This document shows positions 16,125 to 27,725 of a DNA stretch of 64,000 nucleotides, piece by piece. The notes under the pieces are model-generated. The model was not told the origin of the DNA. It worked only from the letters and a program-made list of their open reading frames with translations, and ran no database searches. The stretch lies in the NCBI RefSeq assembly GCF_009914755.1, contig NC_060938.1. One strand, 5' to 3'. The stretch is from the human T2T-CHM13v2.0 reference genome, Homo sapiens. Positions within the stretch are counted from its first letter, which is position 1, and each line of letters begins with the position of its first letter. A program made the position numbers and the translations under genes.

Positions 16125-17298
16125 GTGTAAAAAATCTTCTGCACAGCAAAGGAAACAATCTACAAAGTGAAGAGACAACCACCCCCCAAATCTCCCCTAA
16201 ATATTTGCAAACTATCCATCTGACAAGGGATTAATAACCAGAATATATAAGGAGCTCACACAAAAACAATACGAAAAAATCTAGTAATCAGATTTTTAAT
16301 AAATGAACAAAAAGGTCTGAATAGTCATTTTTTAAAGAAGGCATACAAATGGCAGACAGGTACATGAAAAGCTGCTCAATATCACTTATCATCAGAGAAA
16401 TGCAAATCAAAACTGTGCGATATCATCTCACACTGGTTACAATGGCTTATTGTAAGCCATTGTAGATAGGCAGTAACAAATGCTGGCACGGATGTGGAGA
16501 AAAGGGAACCCTTGCACACTGTTGGTGGGAATATCAGCTAGTACAACCACTATGGAGAAGATTTGGGAGGTTCCACAAAAAAACAGAGCTACCATATGAT
16601 CCAGCAATCCCACTGCTAGGTGTATGCCCCAAAGAAAGGAAATCAGTATATTGAAGATATGTCGGCACTCCCATATTTATTGTAGCACTATTCATAATAG
16701 CCAAGATTTGGAAGCAACCTAAGTGTCCATCACTAGAGGAATGGACAGAAACGAATGAAAATGTGGTACATATACATAATAGAGTACTATTCAGCCATAA
16801 AAATAATGACATCCTGTCATTTACAATAACATGGACGGAACTGGAGGTTATTATATTAAGTGAAATAAGCCAAATCCAGAAAGATTTTGAATATTTTGAA
16901 TATTTTCCCTTATTTTGGGGAGCTAAAAATTAAAATAATTGAACTCATGAACTCATAGAGATAGAGAGGAGAATGGTGGTTACCAGAAGCTAGGAAGGGT
17001 AGTGGGGCAAGGGAGGAGGAGAGGGTTAATTGGTACAAAATATAGTTAGAGGGAATGAGTAAGATCTAGTATGTGATAGCACATGATGACTACAGTCAAC
17101 AATAATTTATTGTACATTTTAAAATAATTAAAAGCATATGATTGTTTGTAACACAAAGAAAGGATAAATGCTTTATGTGATGAATACCTCATTTAACCTG
17201 GTGTGATTATTATGCATTTTGTGCCTGTATCAAAATATCTCATGTATCCTATAAATATATACACCTACTATGTACCCACAAAAATTTAAGATAAAAAA
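16125..17298 (+). mobile_element. 5'-truncated L1MA (ORF2 C-terminus plus 3' UTR)
   Basis: CTTCTGCACAGCAAAGGAAACAATC...GAAATGCAAATCAAAAC...CCAGCAATCCCACTGCTAGG...TACACCTACTATGTACCCACAAAAATT. Confidence 0.92.
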
Positions 17299-17562
17299 TA
17301 CTTTCATCAGTGGTGAGCTAAGACGGGAGAGGACGCACTGGCTATGAAATGCTCGAGGTTCTATATATGGAGGAAGGACTAATTTAAAGTGCTATCAAAT
17401 GTAACTGCTATTGCCAGGTGCTCTCAAAAGATTGGAGGGAAAAAACATCTTGAGTTTGATTAATCACACATAAAAGCTACATTTGAAGGCCAGAGTGCCT
17501 CTTTGGCAGCTTAGAGACTCTCATTTCTTGCAGTCAGATGCAAAAAGAGCTGAGGTTCAGGC

Positions 17563-17766
17563 ATAAGGCTTAATTATAAACAATAGAAGAATTCCAGATG
17601 TGGTGAAATCTCCTATTTTAAAAAGAAGACTCCCTTTTGGGGAGGTCAGGATTAATTATAAACAATAATGAATTGTTATAAGGCTTAATTATAAACAATA
17701 GAAGAATTCCAGATGTGGTGAAATCTCCTATTTTAAAAAGAAGGACTCCCTTTTGGGAAGGTCAGG
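17563..17766. repeat. About 88-bp tandem duplication with a 27-bp spacer
   Basis: Copy 1 at 17563-17650 and copy 2 at 17678-17766, both ATAAGGCTTAATTATAAACAATAGAAGAATTCC...GGTCAGG, nearly identical. Confidence 0.95.
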
Positions 17767-19776
17767 GCACAAGAAATTTGGCATGGAAATGTGGATTAAT
17801 TTCCTAGAGAACTTTGAAATTCTAGGTCTCCATTAACTTTTAGGTCTTCTTTTATGTACCGTCATTTCGGCTTGCCCAGATGTGGGGCACGAGGGGAAGA
17901 AGGAGTGAGGTTTAAAAGTGGTAAAAAGTCAAACGTCAAAAACCATAATCAAGCTAGTCATTAAAGATATTGAACTTATTGATTATTGATTGCTTGTTAT
18001 TTGATGTCAGTGTTAAATAAGATGAGTACCTGTGTCATCCGTGGGTGAATAGTTGATTTTGTACTCTAGAATATCTTTACGGTCTTTGTAAAACTTTATC
18101 AAAGTCTCTTGTGCCTGGTGGAACGGTATAGCTACCAAAGGTTTCTAACTGAGCTGAAGACATTTCCAAAGGTTGCTTACTGAACTTCAGTTTTTGTCAC
18201 TGCAGAATAACGTTACTGCTGAAAATGTCCTGGTTTTAATTTTATTTATATTTAATTTTGGCTTCTTGCCCATCTGGTCATTATATATTTAGAATCGGGA
18301 AAATACCTTATGGGAAAAATACCAAAATAAGGAACTCACGTTTATGTGCCTTGCTTCTCTTTGGTATATTGGTCTGTAAGTACTAGATTCTTTTATAGCC
18401 CCGAACTCCAATTGTTGCCTCCCAAGTCCCATAAGTCTTCAAAAACCTCAGCTGGCTTGTCTTTTCTTTAGCAGCAACTTTCTATGTCGATTTTCCAGAA
18501 ACAGACAACTACCCTTAGGCAAAATTTCTTTACTATTTTTTTATTTCCTTTTCTCTGAGATCTTAGCCCTTTAAGTCTTTGCTCCTCCAGCAGTTAACCA
18601 AGGACTTTATTATATTTTGATGTCTATCTATATATTAATGTATATTCAAATTTAATCTGATTGTTTCAGTGTGTGTTGAAGTTCTGTAACTTGCTTCATT
18701 TTATCTAGAAAATAGTCTCTCAATGGCATTTTTGAATTTAAAATTTCACGTTTTGTTATTAAGACCTAGATATAGTCAGAAATATGAAGACAAATATTGT
18801 CTAAAAAATAAATGAGTAAAATCAAATGCAATTTATATAAGGTGCTCTAGTAAGTCTAAGCAATTGTAAATTTTGATAAATTGTTACTGTCATTTCTTTA
18901 TTTTGAACAATGTATTAGATATTGTAGTCCTACCTATTTTGTAAAGAAACTTCTTTTTCATAATAAACTAAGTGAGTTTAGATAACAGCATGATGAGTCT
19001 ATTGGTTGAGTTCAGCCCCAAACTTTTTCAATCCAAGTCTTTGTATTTTAGCATCATCTCCAATTAGATGTGTTTCATAATCAGGGTGTTTTTTACACTA
19101 TATTTTGTCAACTTATGATTCAGGTAATGCATTTATCTAATTTAAAAAATGAATGGTTTGTCAAATTTAAAACTCACTGTTTGTTTACCATTTAGTAAAA
19201 CACTATACCAGTAGAATCTTTCTTTATCTAAATTTAAGGTAAGTTTTACATTTATAATTCTAACATACTGCATAATGTGTTTTTCTACCTGTAAGAGCCA
19301 AATCATCCTCGTTTAAAAAAACCCTGATTTCATGTAAAATGGTTTTGTATGTTTCTTTAGAGCATACTTGATCTTGGTTAGTAAAATTAATCCCTACTTT
19401 ATGTTTGATTATCTGCAGAAGAAAACAAAATGATTTACTGTCATTTTCTCTTCTATTTAAAATCAAAACCATAGTAGAACACTAACTGTTGGGATGTAGG
19501 GATGTTATGGGTACCTTATGCTTCTTTCCTTTTAAGATAAAAACCTGCCCGAAATTCTCCAATATGTTTTAGATCTCACAGCCTTTTTGACATATTTTAT
19601 AAACCAAGGGCACACCTATATATTTATTATCTTCAGATTTTAAATTTTTATAATAGGTAAATTTTGTAAGCTTATAGCACAAAATTATAATTTTGTAAAC
19701 TTATGTTAAAGTTTAGAGAACCTGAATAAGAGTAGTGAATAAATTCCAAGGATTTGGTAAAAGGAGAGGATAATTT

Positions 19777-19796
19777 TGTGTGTGTGTGTGTGTGTA
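19777..19796. repeat. (TG)n microsatellite
   Basis: Direct observation. Confidence 0.9.
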
Positions 19797-21577
19797 TTTT
19801 CTCTTCAATTATTTTTATTTATTTAGTTTATTTATTTTTATTTTTTTCTATTAAGATTGAAGCACATGTGATTTGTTCCTGTTGTTCTACCTAGAATATT
19901 AAGCTTTGCTTTTAGGCCTTGAAAATAAAGTGGGAATAGAGAAAATTTAAAAGCTGCAGGGTACCATTAGAAATAAACAGAGGAATGTGAAATGTTGATT
20001 AAAGATCAAAGAACAGTAGCAGAATTAATTATCTGGAAGCTGTGAAATCACTTACAAACTGCATAAAGCCAAGGCAAGGGAATTGAAAACTTATTACTAA
20101 TTAATTCTTATAATATATTAATAAAACAGACAAGGCACATCTTAATAATTTAGTGGAAATTTGACTGTAGTATCCAAATTCATCTCTGAAAGGTATATGA
20201 TTCAGTTGATTAAGCTCTACAAAACTGGCTTCAGGACACGTACTTCCAAGTGGAACACAGGTTGCAAATACAACTGTAAGTGCTACTGAGTTACTAGGGT
20301 TGGATGTAGAAATTATAAGGGGGCTTAACGAATATAAATGTTACAGCATTGTTATGATGAAATGTGCCAATTCCAATAATTCTGTGGGGAAAGAAAATTA
20401 ATTCAAACTTAACCACTGATTACAGAGCAAATGATACAGAACAAAATGAGAGGGACTTCAAAAATGTAGAGCCATTGTAACACCATTCATTTAGAGTATC
20501 TAAACAGCTCCTTTCATCCTATTAGTTCAAATCTTAACAAGTATTCATAAATCATGCTTTATGCTGCGTTAATTAATTTACACAAGTACAAAATTTGGCT
20601 ATACAATTTCCTCATTTCTGATTTTCTGACTTTAAGAGGATTGTAAATGGTCATAACTTGTACTCATTATGTATTAACTTTTTATCTTAACGATATTCTG
20701 GACATTTTACCAAATAGTAAGCTTGACTTTTCTGGAATGACTTTTAGATTTTGTATTTCAGTGGCCTCACTTGCATTATGTATCTGGACCTCAGCAAATC
20801 TTATAACAGCAGAGATCTTTAAGACTGACTTTTATTTTATAAATATTTTTAATTCATATGCAAAAAGTGTCTTTGGAAATTCTAAGGACTCAAAAACAAT
20901 TATAAAAAGTGTTATTGAAAAGTATGTATGTGTAATTAATGAATATTCTTAATGATAATGTTAATGACCGTACTCGCTATAATTTAAAAGTTGCACAAAA
21001 GTATAACATGCATCAGTAGACCATGGTCTCCTCGATTCTGCCAGAAAAATCAACAGATCAGAGAGTTTCACTTACAGAAAGCCTTATTGGTTTAATCTAC
21101 TGTAAGCCACAATGAGGCCAAACCAATGTCTAGATGTCAAGTATTAAAACACTGGTTTCTTTGAGAGATACTGGGATTGCGGTATGGCAAGCTGATTCCT
21201 TTTCTTCCCTTCAGCTGTGAGAACTGTGAAGTGAATATCATAGTGTTGTCAACAAGAATATATGTTAGAGAAAAATGGAGGCATTTATTTGGGAAAATAA
21301 TAAAGAAATCATTTAAACATTCTGAAATGGAAAATCAGTGTCAAAATAATATGTATACTAAGGGCATCGAAGTACCTAATAACCAGGGAATAATTTAAAA
21401 TAAACTTCATCAAAATAACTATGTGTAAGCTTTTATTTATGAAATGTAATTTTACTTATGCAATGTTAATGAAATATGATTGTCGCATTTAAACTCACCA
21501 TGCTTTTCTTGTGGGACATGGGGGAATGGGTAATAATACTCTTATTTTTGTTTCTGTGAGGATGAGGCATGTAAACT

Positions 21578-21770
21578 CTTTTATTCAACAAGCATTTGTT
21601 GAACTACTCTATGCCAGATATTGTTCTAGGTTTTGAATTACACTGGTAAAAAATAGTAAAATTTTCTGCTGTTCTGGACAATGTAATCTAGTAGGGGGAC
21701 AGATAATAGACTTATAGAAATAAATGCACAAGAACACTTAGATTGTAAGTGCTAGCAAAAAATAAACAGA
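21578..21770 (-). mobile_element. L2 3' fragment
   Basis: TTTATTCAACAAGCATTTGTTGAACTACTCTATGCCAGATATTGTTCTAGG...ATCTAGTAGGGGGACAGA. Confidence 0.75.
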
Positions 21771-21799
21771 ATAGGATAGAAATGTCAGACCATCATCAA

Positions 21800-22008
21800 G
21801 AAGGCATCACTATAGGGCTGTTCAAAACATAGCAGCTGGCTTCTCCCAGAGTGGATGTGTATCGTAACAATCTCAATAGTAACATGTCATCACTTCCACC
21901 ATATTTTATTGGTCATATAGATAAATGCTGTTACAGTCTGGAGAGAGGCTACACAAAAGTATGAATGCCAGCAGGTAGGGATCACTAGGGGACATGCTGG
22001 CTGCCGTA
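21800..22008 (-). mobile_element. MLT1 (H/J-type) LTR fragment
   Basis: CATAGCAGCTGGCTTCTCCCAGAG...CATCACTTCCACCATATTTTATTGGTCA...CAGGTAGGGATCACTAGGGG. Confidence 0.65.
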
Positions 22009-24161
22009 TGCAGTCAGGTTAAACAACTACTAGAGGTCAAGGATAATGGAAAGTGCCAAAATGATCAGAGTTTACTTTTGTAATTCAATTTTATATATAT
22101 TTCTGAAATGCAGCGATATCAGAAGAAGATTAAATAAAGAGGGGGTGATCAAGATTTTATATATGCGATCAAGATTCTGAAAGAATGTATACAAACTATT
22201 TCTTTGAAAACATGATATTTCTATCAAGATAGAAAGATCTTTCTATCAAGATAGATAGAATGTTTATGTTGACTTGAAGGTAAAGAGAAAGCAAATATAA
22301 AGGAACTGTCTATGAATACCCAAAATCACATGCAAAAATCAGTGAAGGGCAAAAATTTTGAAATGTTTGTGAGAATAGAAAAAAACAAGAGAAGGAGGTT
22401 CCTGTGCTACTGTTATGGAGAAGACAGACAATTCAAAAAACACGGAGGTAACACATTTAGACATGGATGAAAGGATGCATATTAATTTCTGTCAGAATGC
22501 AGGAAGGTGCAAAGCATAGACAAAGAGACTAAGACATTTCTGTATAGGAAAACATATTTATGCAGAAATTTTTCACTACGGATTTTAGGTAGAATAATAG
22601 CTCTCAGAGTAAGAACCTCATAACCCAGGTTTCCAGATTTATTTCCAACATTTTTTTTCTCAAGACTAGCAATTATCTCAACCTCATTTTCATCCTTAAA
22701 CTCTGACCATTCTAAACATTGAATGAAGCTGCCATTCATTATCAACTTTATTTCTTTAACATTGGTTGACATTGTTAGAGAAGAGTATACACACAACTAT
22801 ACCTTGAAGACAAAGTATCATTACAAATCTACACTTTTGACATAACTGGAATCTAAGCATAACTGGATCCTTAGCTTATCTTTATCTAAGATAAAGGTCT
22901 ACGTTATGGCAGGAAACTTTTGCAAAATTTCGCAGAAAACATTTTTAAGTCTGTAGTAGCATTGCATTCCTCTTGTAAAGGCAATATTCATTCCTCATAT
23001 TTTAGAGACTGAAAATAGTGGTAGAACATACACACACATTCACACACACCCCAATCCACTTTACTTCCTAAACACATCTAAAACTTCCCTCTTCCGTTCT
23101 ATCAAAGAGACTGAAATACCTACCATTTTTCAAATCTCATGGGTCTTTTCTCTTTCTTTTGCCTTTTATAAGTCTTTGTCATGAATTATGCACCCCTTCT
23201 TACCTTTACTACTATCTCTTCCCTTTTGTCTTTCTCTCTCTAATCCTTTGTTCCCTCTCCTTCTCCTAATTTCTGTCTATAAGCATTCTTATATAATTTT
23301 TAAAAAGCAAGAAAATGATTTAATCTCACATTTTATTTAAAAATTCTTCTTTCCTTTACTTCATATTTATATTATCTTGAAATGATGTTTTATGCTTAGT
23401 TTCTCAACTTCTTCAATGTCATACATTTCCTAAAACATTAGTGTCTGGCCATTAGTCAAAGTATTTCACTCATTCTCTTGTTATTATGTTTGATATAGAC
23501 TTACACTTGTTGGCTTACATAAAATTATTTTTGTTGGTGTATAGAAATTTCTCTCTTTGCAAATTTATCTCTCTGCAGCCTTTGATAGTGTTGTCCGTAC
23601 TCTGAGCTTAATAATATGCTCTCCATTAGCTTCTGTAATGTATTTCTTCTGATAGCACCTGACTCTCTTACAACATTTCTGACAATTCTTCCCTTTGTAG
23701 GTCATGCTCCCTTACCCACACATTAAATGCTGGACTTCCTAGCCATGTTCAACTTGATTAATTTATATGCTTAGTTAAAGCCTTACTTGACAAATTTTAA
23801 CAGAATACTATTAACTGATAATTTTAGTTTTTTTATAAGCTGGGAACTATCAATTACATTTGTGAAAGGTCATACAAATATTTTCATATAGAATTCCCAT
23901 GCAGAATTACTTCAACTCAAGCTATTATAAGATTCATGACTTACCCTCCCAAGATATTATTCAATATATGTAAATTCTCCTGTCAATGCATTCCATTATC
24001 ACTTACTCTCATCTCTATTTTTCTTTCTCACCATAGCTCAAATTCATAAACATTTCTGTAGTCATTTCTTCAAATCTACTACAGAACCTGTTCTTGAATA
24101 CAGATTTTCCACTCTATTCCACTGCCAGTGTTTAAATGATCACAAATTAGCTTTTACTTAG

Positions 24162-24297
24162 AGTGGAAGTGGCACCACTCACCATCACCCCTCATGACCC
24201 TGTGGTAAAATTTTTGCTTCCTGTTTCTGCAACATTATGTTCTGCTGGCCTAAAGGTCTTAGTTCCAGAGGGAGGAATGTTATCACCAAGAGACACA
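24162..24297 (+). mobile_element. HERV-L internal fragment (pol C-terminus / dUTPase start)
   Basis: Translates to VEVAPLTITPHDPVVKFLLPVSATLCSAGLKVLVPEGGMLSPRDT, matching the recalled HERV-L sequence VAPLTITPSDPLAKFLLPVPATLRSAGLEVLVPEGG, including a dUTPase motif-1-like SAGL. Confidence 0.8.
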
Positions 24298-24319
24298 GCC
24301 AAACCATATCATTCCACCC

Positions 24320-24708
24320 TTGGGAGCTGCCCAAGGCTCCCATCATGGGAACCCACCTCTTGCATGAGTGTGACCTGGATGTGAGACATGAAGTCAAAGG
24401 AGATCATTGAAAGTCTAATGACTGTATTATTGGATTTTGGACTTGCCTGGGACCTGTAGCCCCTTCATTTTGGCCAATTTCTTCCATTTGGAATGTGTGC
24501 ATTCATCCAATGCCAGTATCCCCATTATATCTAGGAAGTAACTAACTTGCTTTTGATTTTACAGGCTCATAGGTGGAAGGGACTTGCCTTGTCTCAGATG
24601 ACTTTTAGTTAATGTTGGTATGAGTTAAGACTATGGGGAACTATTGGGAAGGGATGATTGTGTTTTGAAATGTGAGGACATGAGATTCGGGAGGGGCAAA
24701 GGGCAGAA
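24320..24708 (+). mobile_element. THE1 internal 3' segment
   Basis: GGAGCTGCCCAAGG...GACCTGGATGTGAGACATG...CTTGCTTTTGATTTTACAGGCTCATAGG, ending in the purine tract GGGAGGGGCAAAGGGCAGAA. Confidence 0.9.
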
Positions 24709-25072
24709 TGATATGGTTTGGCTGTGTCCCCCACCAAATCTTATCTTGAATTACAGTTCCCATAATCCCCATGTGTCATGGGGGGACCTAGTGGGATGTG
24801 ATTGGATCATGGGGGCAGTTTCCTCCATGCTGTTATCATGATAATGAGTGAGTTCTCATGAGATCTGATGGTTTTATAAGTGTCTGGCATTTTCCCTGCT
24901 TGCACTCATTCTCTCCTGCCGCCCTGTGAAGAGGTGCCTTCTGCCATGATTTTAAGTTTTCTGAGGCCTCCCCAGCCACGTGAAAATGTGAGTCAATTAA
25001 ACCTCTTCTTTTCTTTGTAAATTACCCAGTCCCGGGTGTTTCTTCATAGCAGCATGAGAAAGGACTGATACA
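24709..25072 (+). mobile_element. THE1C-like MaLR LTR (3' LTR)
   Basis: TGATATGGTTTGGCTGTGTCCCCACC...GTCTGGCATTTCCCTGCTTGCACTCATTCTCTCC...GAGTCAATTAAACCTC...GGACTGATACA. Confidence 0.92.
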
Positions 25073-25739
25073 CTTGGATTCTTCCAAGATAATTTTCTGG
25101 TCTCTCTACCAATATTCTTAAAAATGGTTTCTAGCTTTCTTCTTCAAAATCTAGAGGTGTGTATACCAGTCTTGGACTCATATACGTATCTGTGCTATTA
25201 AAGATACATCAAATTTGTTAGGTCAGTTCAAAAAACCCTACATAATATAGTCCTTAGTGTATTTTCACACTTCAAATACCCTGTACTCTTTTGTACCATC
25301 AAAAATGTTTCTGGGACACAAAAAAGCCCTTCAATAATTAATGTTTCTGGTCTCTCTTGAAAATAAATATATGTACAAAATTTGTATTTAAGTGTTTTTT
25401 CCTCTGTTATTTTCCAAAATATATCTAAAAAAACCTAATTGAAAATGAAGATATTCTTCCTTAATGGTTTACATTGGGTACCTGTAAAATTGATGGAATC
25501 AGTTTTACAAGGGTCAAATTATAAGAGAACCTAGTACTTTGTAAAATTTATTTTAAAGGAAATGGTTCCACATGTTTAGAGCACTATACCATGTCTTTTT
25601 CCAATCCCATGTTACCTTTAGGCCATTGGTTTGAGTTAGGAATCTGTGCTGCAGAAAACAAGAATGGCTTGTCTGTGCATTATATTCTTTAGCTACATCT
25701 GCCCTACAGTTCTGTATTGTGGAAGTATAGTCCTAGATA

Positions 25740-26082
25740 CAGTTGACTCTCCATATCCCTGGTTCTGCATCAGTGGATTCAACCAACCTCAGATTGAAAA
25801 ATGTTCAAAAGAAAAAATATATAGTTGTGTCTATACTGAGCAAGTACAGACTCTTTTCTTTTCATTCTGCTCTAAACGATACAGGATAACAATGATTTAC
25901 ATAGCATTTATATTGTATTTGGTATTATAATTAATCTAAAGATGATTTAAAGTATATGGGAAGATATGCATGGGTGAAATGCAAAACTACAAAATTTTAC
26001 AAAAGGGACTTGAATATCTGTAGGTTTTAGTATCCACAGGGGGTCCTAGAACCAAACCTTTATGGATGCAGAGGGGCAACTG
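25740..26082 (-). mobile_element. MER2 (TcMar-Tigger non-autonomous DNA transposon), full length
   Basis: CAGTTG...CAACTG terminal inverted repeats flanked by TA on both sides; about 343 bp. Confidence 0.88.
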
Positions 26083-26084
26083 TA

Positions 26085-26120
<36 letters not shown>

Positions 26121-26183
26121 CATACTGTATGTATGTATGTATGTACTGTATGTACCGTATGTTTATATGTGTGTGTGTGTATA
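26083..26183. repeat. Compound (TG)n/(TA)n/(TATG)n microsatellite
   Basis: Direct observation; lies between two MER2 ends. Confidence 0.92.
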
Positions 26184-26287
26184 CAGTTGTTCCCTAGTAT
26201 CCATGGAGGATTGACTCCAGGACCCTCTGTGGATGCCAAAACCTACAGATATTCAAGTCCCTTTCAGAAAATTGTGTAGTTTTTCAT
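26184..26287 (+). mobile_element. MER2 5' fragment, inverted relative to 25740-26082
   Basis: TA|CAGTTGTTCCCTAGTATCCATGGAGGATTGACTCCAGGACCC...TTCAAGTCCCTT. Confidence 0.85.
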
Positions 26288-27469
26288 GTCAGAGAAGTAA
26301 GAATTATATATACATATAAATAAAATATCTACAATTGTTAGAGTGAAAGAAATATATATATATATATATACACATTCTTTCACTCCACCAATAGTCTTTC
26401 TTAAAAATGAGTCTTTCTTTTCTGATTGACATCAGGTTAGTCCCTAATTTTTTTAACATATTATCTTTAGGTAAATTACTGTTCTTGAGAGAATCTTTAT
26501 CTATATATTATTAATGGTAAGAAGAGCACATCACAAAATTTACCCATGGATAAGTTAAGGAAAATCAATATGACAAATAAAATGGCAAAGATAATATATG
26601 CAGAATGTTTATATAATAAAAGAATGAATGAGATACCCTATTATAAAAGAGAGAATATGTTTCTTAAAAAATAGTCAATGAACAATATTTGATAGCCAAG
26701 AAAAAAGAATACAATCATATGAAATAATAAACATTGATTTCTTAGTTATTTTTTTCCCTTCTGGTGAAATAAGGAAGGTTTAAAGAAAAACATAGAAAAA
26801 GTAAATGAGAAGCAATAAGGATTATAAAGAACATATCTGAAAAGACAGTTATGAGAGAAATGTTATGTTTGAAAAATCCTCCAATTTGCAATAGATAAAT
26901 AAATAAATAAATGTAACCAAAGAGATGGTAATAGTAATAGATAAAGATTTTGGGCAAAGATGTTACAATATATACATAACTGGTTCACCTGAAAATTACT
27001 AAAAACCATAAAAATGTAATACAGTAATTAGACAAAAACCCAACCTCCAGATCAAATGGCATATTTTTTCGAAGAGGAGTTGGTAGATTGCTGTAAATGT
27101 TAGCTGATATCTTTATATCGTTATTGAAGCAATTGAGTATAAATGTATCCTATGGAAATTTGGGGGAACTTTGCTTTCAGTTGTTGCTAAGATAAAGAAA
27201 GAGTTCTGTTGGTTCTTAGGCAACGATAAATCACAAAAAGTAGGAAACAATCTGGTTTTTCTCACTATATGACCACATTGAACAGATTTCTGAGGAGTAA
27301 TGTCTTATGGATCTTAAGAGAAAATGAGCATGGGCTATACTGAAACATATAGACCAGAAAGCGGATAATGAATCAAACAGAATATAATTTTATGACTTTC
27401 TGTGTAAATGTCCAAAGAAAGATGTTTCAGCTAAGCAGCAAGTGTCGTTTTCTACATGATAATGCAATA

Positions 27470-27725
27470 ATGCAGACTGATGGAATCTCTGCTTTTGTCA
27501 ATCTGCGACCTCCAAGGTCAATATGAGCATTTCCAAGCTACTCTGCCAGAAGGAAAAAGAGCAGCAAATGGCTTCATGGTCCATGCCTGAAAGTCACACA
27601 TGATACTCCCATGACCATTTCTGGATAGTAATCAGTCACATATCTATACTTCCCTGCAACAGAGGCTGGGAAACATTCCAGGAAGAAGTGGACAATAGAG
27701 CAGAAATTGTCAGTTTCTTCGATAG
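27470..27725 (-). mobile_element. MLT1-type LTR fragment
   Basis: AATCAGTCACATATCTATACTTCCCTGCAACAGAGGCTGGGAAA, a motif shared with the MLT1 LTRs near 12190 and 14265. Confidence 0.5.

Larger units (their letters stand above)
15990..17835 (+). mobile_element. ERVL (HERV16/ERV3-16A3-like) internal 5'/gag-like remnant, split by an L1MA
   Basis: Starts GTTGGTAATGGGAGTG after the LTR and resumes at about 17300 with GAAGGCCAGAGTGCCTCTTTGGCAGC...GAGACTCTCATTTCTTGCAGT...GAGCTGAGG. Confidence 0.65.
23400..25290 (+). mobile_element. L2 fragment interrupted by a composite ERVL/THE1 insertion
   Basis: Pyrimidine-rich L2-like tract (TCTCTGCAGCCTTTGATAGTGTTG...; CCACTCTATTCCACTGCCA) that reads through at 24161/25073. 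Confidence 0.6.

Noticed and set aside
17563-17766. Repeat-spacer-repeat resembling a CRISPR-like array
   Set aside because: Only two long copies, the spacer derives from the repeat, the context is eukaryotic and there are no cas genes.
18720-19472. AT-rich stretch with partly open minus-strand frames, possibly an old DNA-transposon remnant
   Set aside because: I could not identify a motif or terminal repeat. It needs an nhmmer/Dfam or tBLASTn search before any call.
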